Part shown: one piece after another, positions 60,834 to 64,000 of the stretch
Numbering within the stretch: the first letter of the stretch is position 1
Layout: the number at the start of each line of letters is the position of its first letter
Source: Paraspadella gotoi
Taxonomy: Eukaryota; Animalia; Chaetognatha
Assembly: GCA_051294375.1 (NCBI GenBank)
Contig: CM119268.1
Coordinates: forward strand, 9,928,370-9,992,369
DNA: 64,000 bases
Direction of reading: 5' to 3'
Notes under the pieces: generated by a model
The model's input: the letters and a program-made list of their open reading frames with translations, nothing else
What the model was told of the DNA's origin: nothing
The model's database searches: none
Position numbers and translations under genes: made by a program

Positions 60834-63632
60834 GGAGAGAGAGAGAGGGGGGAGGGAGATAAAGATAGAAAGCCTTATTATTGTATTATTATATTACTAT
60901 ATTATATTATATTATACTATATTATATTATTATGAAATTGGTACAATAATATTACAATACTATATTATATTATACTATATTATATTATTACTATATTTTA
61001 AGTTTGAACACACAAATGCTTTTTATCTATCTTTATCTCCCTCCCCCCTCTCTCTCTCTCTCCCTTTCTCTCTCTCTTTCTCTCTCTCTCTAAGAAATTA
61101 CTAAAAATCGATTTCGGTACTGACATTTTTTTTTTTCATTTTGACTTCATAATACTTATTTTTTATGATATTTTAAAGTATAATAGCTCGCAAGAATCAG
61201 AAATAACCATATTTTTTTATTATATCATTTTTCAGTAAGAATTCTAATATTAAAAGCTTAAAATATTAGCAAAAAATAGACAAATCACAATTTTATTTGT
61301 ATATTTTTGGAGAAAAAAGGCGATCACAAGTCATGTTTGATTAAAAAACCTTTAAAAATGAAATTTAATTTATTATTGGCATATTTTTCTATCAATTCAA
61401 ACCTTTTATGATAAAATATATAATCAAAAATTGACTCAAATATTAATATTAATGATTATTTTTTTACTTTTTAAGCATTTTGTGGAATTGTTTTTGTCAA
61501 TATCTCAAAAACGAATTATCACAGAGAACTGAGATAGACTCAAAAGAAAGATCATAAAATAGAGGATCTTTTGGATGTATAATATTACTAATTATGCTCT
61601 TGCTTGATGTTAAATTATTTAAAAAATATATATATAAAATTTAACAATTTTATACATAGCATTTCATAGATAGTTATTGGTTGAAGAAAAATTTAAAATT
61701 AGGTTAATTTTGAAGCTAAGCAATTGTATGTTACATTTTCTATAGTTTTTTATTAAATAAGAATTGATTAAGTCTCATGTAGTAATTACAAATTGGTTAC
61801 TATTTTGTAATAAATTGAGTTATTTTCAATAAAACTTGAGAACAAATAATCGTAGGCTAATGAGAGTGAGTTCAAATTAAAGCTCTCTTTCAGTAGATAA
61901 TGATGTGATAAAAGAAAGTAAAATTTGACAAAGAATGACAAAGTCGTTGATTAGTTTCTCATTATTTGTATAAAAAATTATAACAAAACTTTAAAATTCA
62001 ATTAAAAAAAACTTGCTTAGATCAGAATTTTTCGACTTCACTACGCTGTAGTATAAAACATTATATTTTTCATTTTTTTGTGTTTCAGAAATGGGTTATT
62101 TCTATTTTCTTTTTCGGGGTGTCTAGGGAACCATGTAGTAATATAAACAACAGCTGAAAGATGAAGCGCTTGGTCTATATCTTTGTAAAATTCGGCTGTT
62201 CCATATAGTTTTTTTAATATTAACGCCGCAATGTAAATATTTTATAAGCGGGTTAATTTTACTTTCGCCGCCCGGGATTAGTGGGGGGGTTAGGGTTGTT
62301 TCAGAGTAATTTAGGGTTAGGGGTGATTAGGGTTAAAAGGGTTTAGGGTTAAGGTAATTAGGAAATAATTTTTAAAATTTTTTTTAATTTATAATAAATA
62401 TTTTTAAGAGGTTTTTCAAGTCAAAAAATTAGCCTTATAAGCTAACCGTGTGGACAAATCAACAGCCCCGAGGGTGACGACGGCCGGGGAAAATTAAAAT
62501 CCGTTTCCTGCCTCATGACTCACGGATCCGAGGGAGTCGAAGCTCAAGGAAAAGAGAGGCAATCGTCTCTCAGTAACTTTTTCGAAATGGAGTCGGCCGA
62601 CGATACGATGGACGCGATGTTGGCGCCACCCGAACAATTCGCCACTCGTAAGACATATATAGTATATACGTATTGTGCATAATTATCCGAAATAATTTAG
62701 ACATTTAACATTTTTGTCCACCATTCCCTCAAAGCTGACATCGCAAGCGGCGTCATTGATACTCCGCACGCAAAGGAAAAGATCACTGCTAGTCACGTAG
62801 GGTCATCGTCTCCGGAAATTTTAGAACAGATGACCAGCCCCGGATTAAGCTCCGGTAATCTCAATGCATTTTCAAATAATTGAAAACAGCATGGCTAATT
62901 ATCTAATACCTATACATGGTTAAAATTATTATAAAATACTGCATCAGCTGCTCGAGTTATGCTGTTAAATCCGGCAGAATCGTCATTCCTCGCCACAGAA
63001 TCGACTCTTCACGAATCTTGGATTCCTTCGGAAAAAACTAAAATTTGCCTCGTCAATCTTAACACGGCGCCGCCAGGTTGAAATTTAACTCATTTTTACA
63101 AAGTATTAATAATCAATCACGATCTTGGTATTTAATTATATCTGGACTAGGTACATACTATCCCGAAGTCGATCAAGTCACGATGCCCGGAGTACTTTTG
63201 GAAGAATCTCTAGGGGATCCCGTCAAAGAGCTTGTCAATCGATTTTATGGTCCCCAAGAAGCGTCAAAAAGAAAAGTAATTTATATTACCAAAAATATTA
63301 GTAAACTAAAAGAGCTTAAGTTTTTAACCATTTTTTTTACGTCAAAATTTTTAGACCTACTACGAATTTCATCTTTATTATTTTCCACCCTAATTTTTCA
63401 TAAATTTCGGTCCAATGGGAATTTAAGTTATCTGTCGTCCGTCCCATTTACATTTCATTGAAAGATCCTCAATACGAGCGCGGTGCCTCAGGACGAAACG
63501 GGTCTTCGTCAACTCATAGCGGCGGAATGCTATCGATCAGCAGTGGACTTAACCGGACGTCTACTTATTAACGCCGGACAGGGCCCAGGGAGGCTGGGAC
63601 AACCCTCGAGACACACGCCAATTTCGCTCCAG
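58359..63632 (+). CDS. TRAPPC12: TRAPPC12 (TTC15), 5' part; continues beyond the window
   Basis: SWIPSEKT, VTMPGVLLEESLGDPVKELVNRFYG, GLRQLIAAECYRSAVDLTGRLLINAGQG...HTPISLQ; upstream exons are phase-consistent across intron 59033-62466. Confidence 0.85.
59773..62110. repeat. 2.3-kb palindrome (arms about 1.1 kb, spacer about 155 bp) in TRAPPC12 intron
   Basis: 59773-60869 is the reverse complement of 61026-62110 with scattered mismatches; (GA)n/(TC)n at the inner ends. Confidence 0.92.
62250..62365. repeat. TTAGGG-like MITE family fragment
   Basis: GGGTTAATTTTACTTCGCCGCCCGGG end followed by TTAGGG-like units. Confidence 0.55.
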
Positions 63633-64000
63633 GTGAAGCTAGTTAGCTAAAACAGACATAATTTTTGCCAGTTTTTATCAGTATCTTTCTTCCTTATTTT
63701 CGTTTCTTAAAGCGAACATAAAAAATATTACATCTTTAAATCTACTGGATATGTCAAAAAAACCAATGACCAAAATACAAAAAATAATGAGGACATGGAA
63801 AAAATAAGAATAACAACCCAACAAGAAATAAATACTAAGACAAGCTAATATAAATCGGAATACAGATCAAAAGAAAACATTTTTTTCTTTGGTGTTGATT
63901 GGTTAGTAAGCAAGTTGATAGTTGATACGCCATCACAATCAAGTTTCCTTGCTTTTTCGAGAGGAAATTCTAGGCCAAAATCCGGGCAATGAAAATCTTG

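Noticed and set aside
62481-62502. Right TIR for the 62250 repeat
   Set aside because: Falls inside a phase-consistent TRAPPC12 exon; the similarity is probably chance.

Overview
Compact, intron-rich, AT-rich animal (bilaterian invertebrate) genomic DNA; the species cannot be determined from the sequence. Manual splicing supports about 13 protein-coding units: a chymotrypsin-type S1 protease, MCFD2-like, TFAP4, EEIG1/FAM102, a YWTD-propeller receptor, a PRD-class homeobox (CG11294/DRGX-like), two orphan tail-anchored proteins (one nested antisense in CLIP4), an SLC22 transporter, a stand-alone ABCC TMD0-L0 module, CLIP3/4, a 9-finger C2H2 protein and the 5' part of TRAPPC12. Three signals stand out. 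(1) An ABCC/MRP N-terminal TMD0-L0 module has no ABC core and lies about 130 bp upstream of an SLC22 ORF. It can be spliced in frame with compatible topology into a chimeric TMD0-L0-MFS transporter. (2) A complete miniature LTR retrotransposon (TRIM) carries a tRNA-Gly-like Pol III cassette in its LTRs and is inserted inside a GC splice donor. A second, diverged LTR family shares a covarying hairpin with it. (3) There are minimal Penelope-type hammerhead cores inside hairpins, a 4.8-kb long-TIR element with a 9-bp TSD, and a 2.3-kb palindrome. Gene models were read by eye and family calls come from remembered motifs; no searches were run.
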